A stretch of 64,000 nt of DNA. Origin: an uncultured SAR86 cluster bacterium. Its GTDB lineage: Bacteria; Pseudomonadota; Gammaproteobacteria; Magnimaribacterales; AG-339-G14. How positions within the stretch are numbered: position 1 is the stretch's first letter; each line of letters opens with the position of its first letter. Below the pieces are notes generated by a model. It was not told where the DNA came from and made no database searches. It saw only the letters and a list, made by a program, of their open reading frames with translations. Made by a program: the position numbers and the translations under genes. Where the stretch lies: NCBI GenBank assembly GCA_902562135.1, contig CACESE010000003.1:22840-86839 (forward strand), in the 5' to 3' direction. This document shows, in pieces, positions 63,827-64,000 of the stretch.

Positions 63827-63841
63827 GAAACTTGCCTTTTT
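63813..63841 (-). terminator. Intrinsic-terminator-like hairpin after the TonB-dependent receptor gene
   Basis: The minus-strand RNA reads AAAAAGGCAAG-UUUCAUG-CUUGCCUUUUU, an 11-bp perfect stem with a GGCAAG/CUUGCC core followed by U-rich sequence. It starts 17 nt after the TBDR stop. The loop contains the phytase candidate ATG (63826-63824). Confidence 0.5.
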
Positions 63842-63857
63842 AAGGGGAAAATAATTT

Positions 63858-64000
63858 TTAGTACTTATAAGTGAAACCAATTGTCGCACTTCTACCATAT
63901 TCATCATATTGAGAAAGCCTTGAAGGACTGCCCCAATAATAGAATTCTGGTTCATCATTTATATTAATTAAGTCTAATTTGAGAGTTAAATTATCATTTA
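63858..64000 (-). CDS. TonB-dependent receptor, C-terminal end (5' part outside the window)
   Basis: My manual translation is ...NDNLTLKLDLININDEPEFYYWGSPSRLSQYDEYGRSATIGFTYKY*. This is a typical TBDR terminal beta-strand ending in an aromatic residue. Confidence 0.75.
   Translation of the reverse strand, partial: NDNLTLKLDLININDEPEFYYWGSPSRLSQYDEYGRSATIGFTYKY

Noticed and set aside
1-64000. A search by eye for CRISPR arrays, IS elements, integrases, toxin-antitoxin pairs, restriction or other defence genes, rRNA and prophage remnants.
   Set aside because: I found none. There are no spaced direct-repeat arrays, and every ORF of 100 aa or more is accounted for by metabolic, envelope or housekeeping families. 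Scanning by eye cannot exclude short degenerate repeats.

Overview
This is a visibly AT-rich and very gene-dense chromosomal segment. By my own tally of the coordinates below, about 96-97% is coding or tRNA; I did not compute this exactly. I saw no rRNA, CRISPR array, transposase, integrase or prophage genes. Gene content and synteny point to a streamlined marine gammaproteobacterium: umuDC behind a canonical CTGT-N8-ACAG SOS box, csrA followed by tRNA-Arg, rpmF-fabG-acpP-fabF-mltG-tmk-holB, divergent rluC and rne, and a gspC-to-gspN cluster. A SAR86-like organism is only a guess.

Main blocks:
- 1-5.2 kb: umuDC, coq7, and a tRNA-Val / P450 / tRNA-Arg / csrA / acyltransferase / tRNA-Ser array. 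The mRNAs here are bounded by tRNAs. csrA is missing from the ORF track because it is 52 aa with a TTG start.
- 5-15 kb: ABC-2 exporter, MoxR/VWA pair, thioesterase, TatD, CoA-transferase, RND/MMPL exporter, TrhO and BolA.
- 15.4-21.9 kb: an uncharacterised membrane module of GPH/MFS, DUF3604 (PHP-like), rhomboid, GPH/MFS and a PhnZ-like HD protein. I consider this the best candidate for an undescribed system.
- 22-29 kb: housekeeping genes and a remodelled fab cluster.
- 29-40 kb: rne (Zn-link missing), nudC, nhaB, dusA, a FimV-LysM::MlaA fusion and a split metG.
- 40-45 kb: SDR, VOC dioxygenase and FAD monooxygenase, with fabD translationally coupled to the monooxygenase.
- 45-50 kb: argG, grxD, pdxJ, a TSUP transporter and two hydrolases.
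- 50-61 kb: a complete type II secretion cluster, gspCDEFG-IJKLMN plus divergent gspO. It has no gspH, its GspE lacks the tetracysteine motif, and a PHO-box-like tandem TGTCA repeat lies upstream of gspC.
- 61-64 kb: PiT phosphate transporter, a 536-bp non-coding region, a beta-propeller phytase and the 3' end of a TonB-dependent receptor.

All functional calls come from my recognition of motifs and family-typical sequence. No database search was run.
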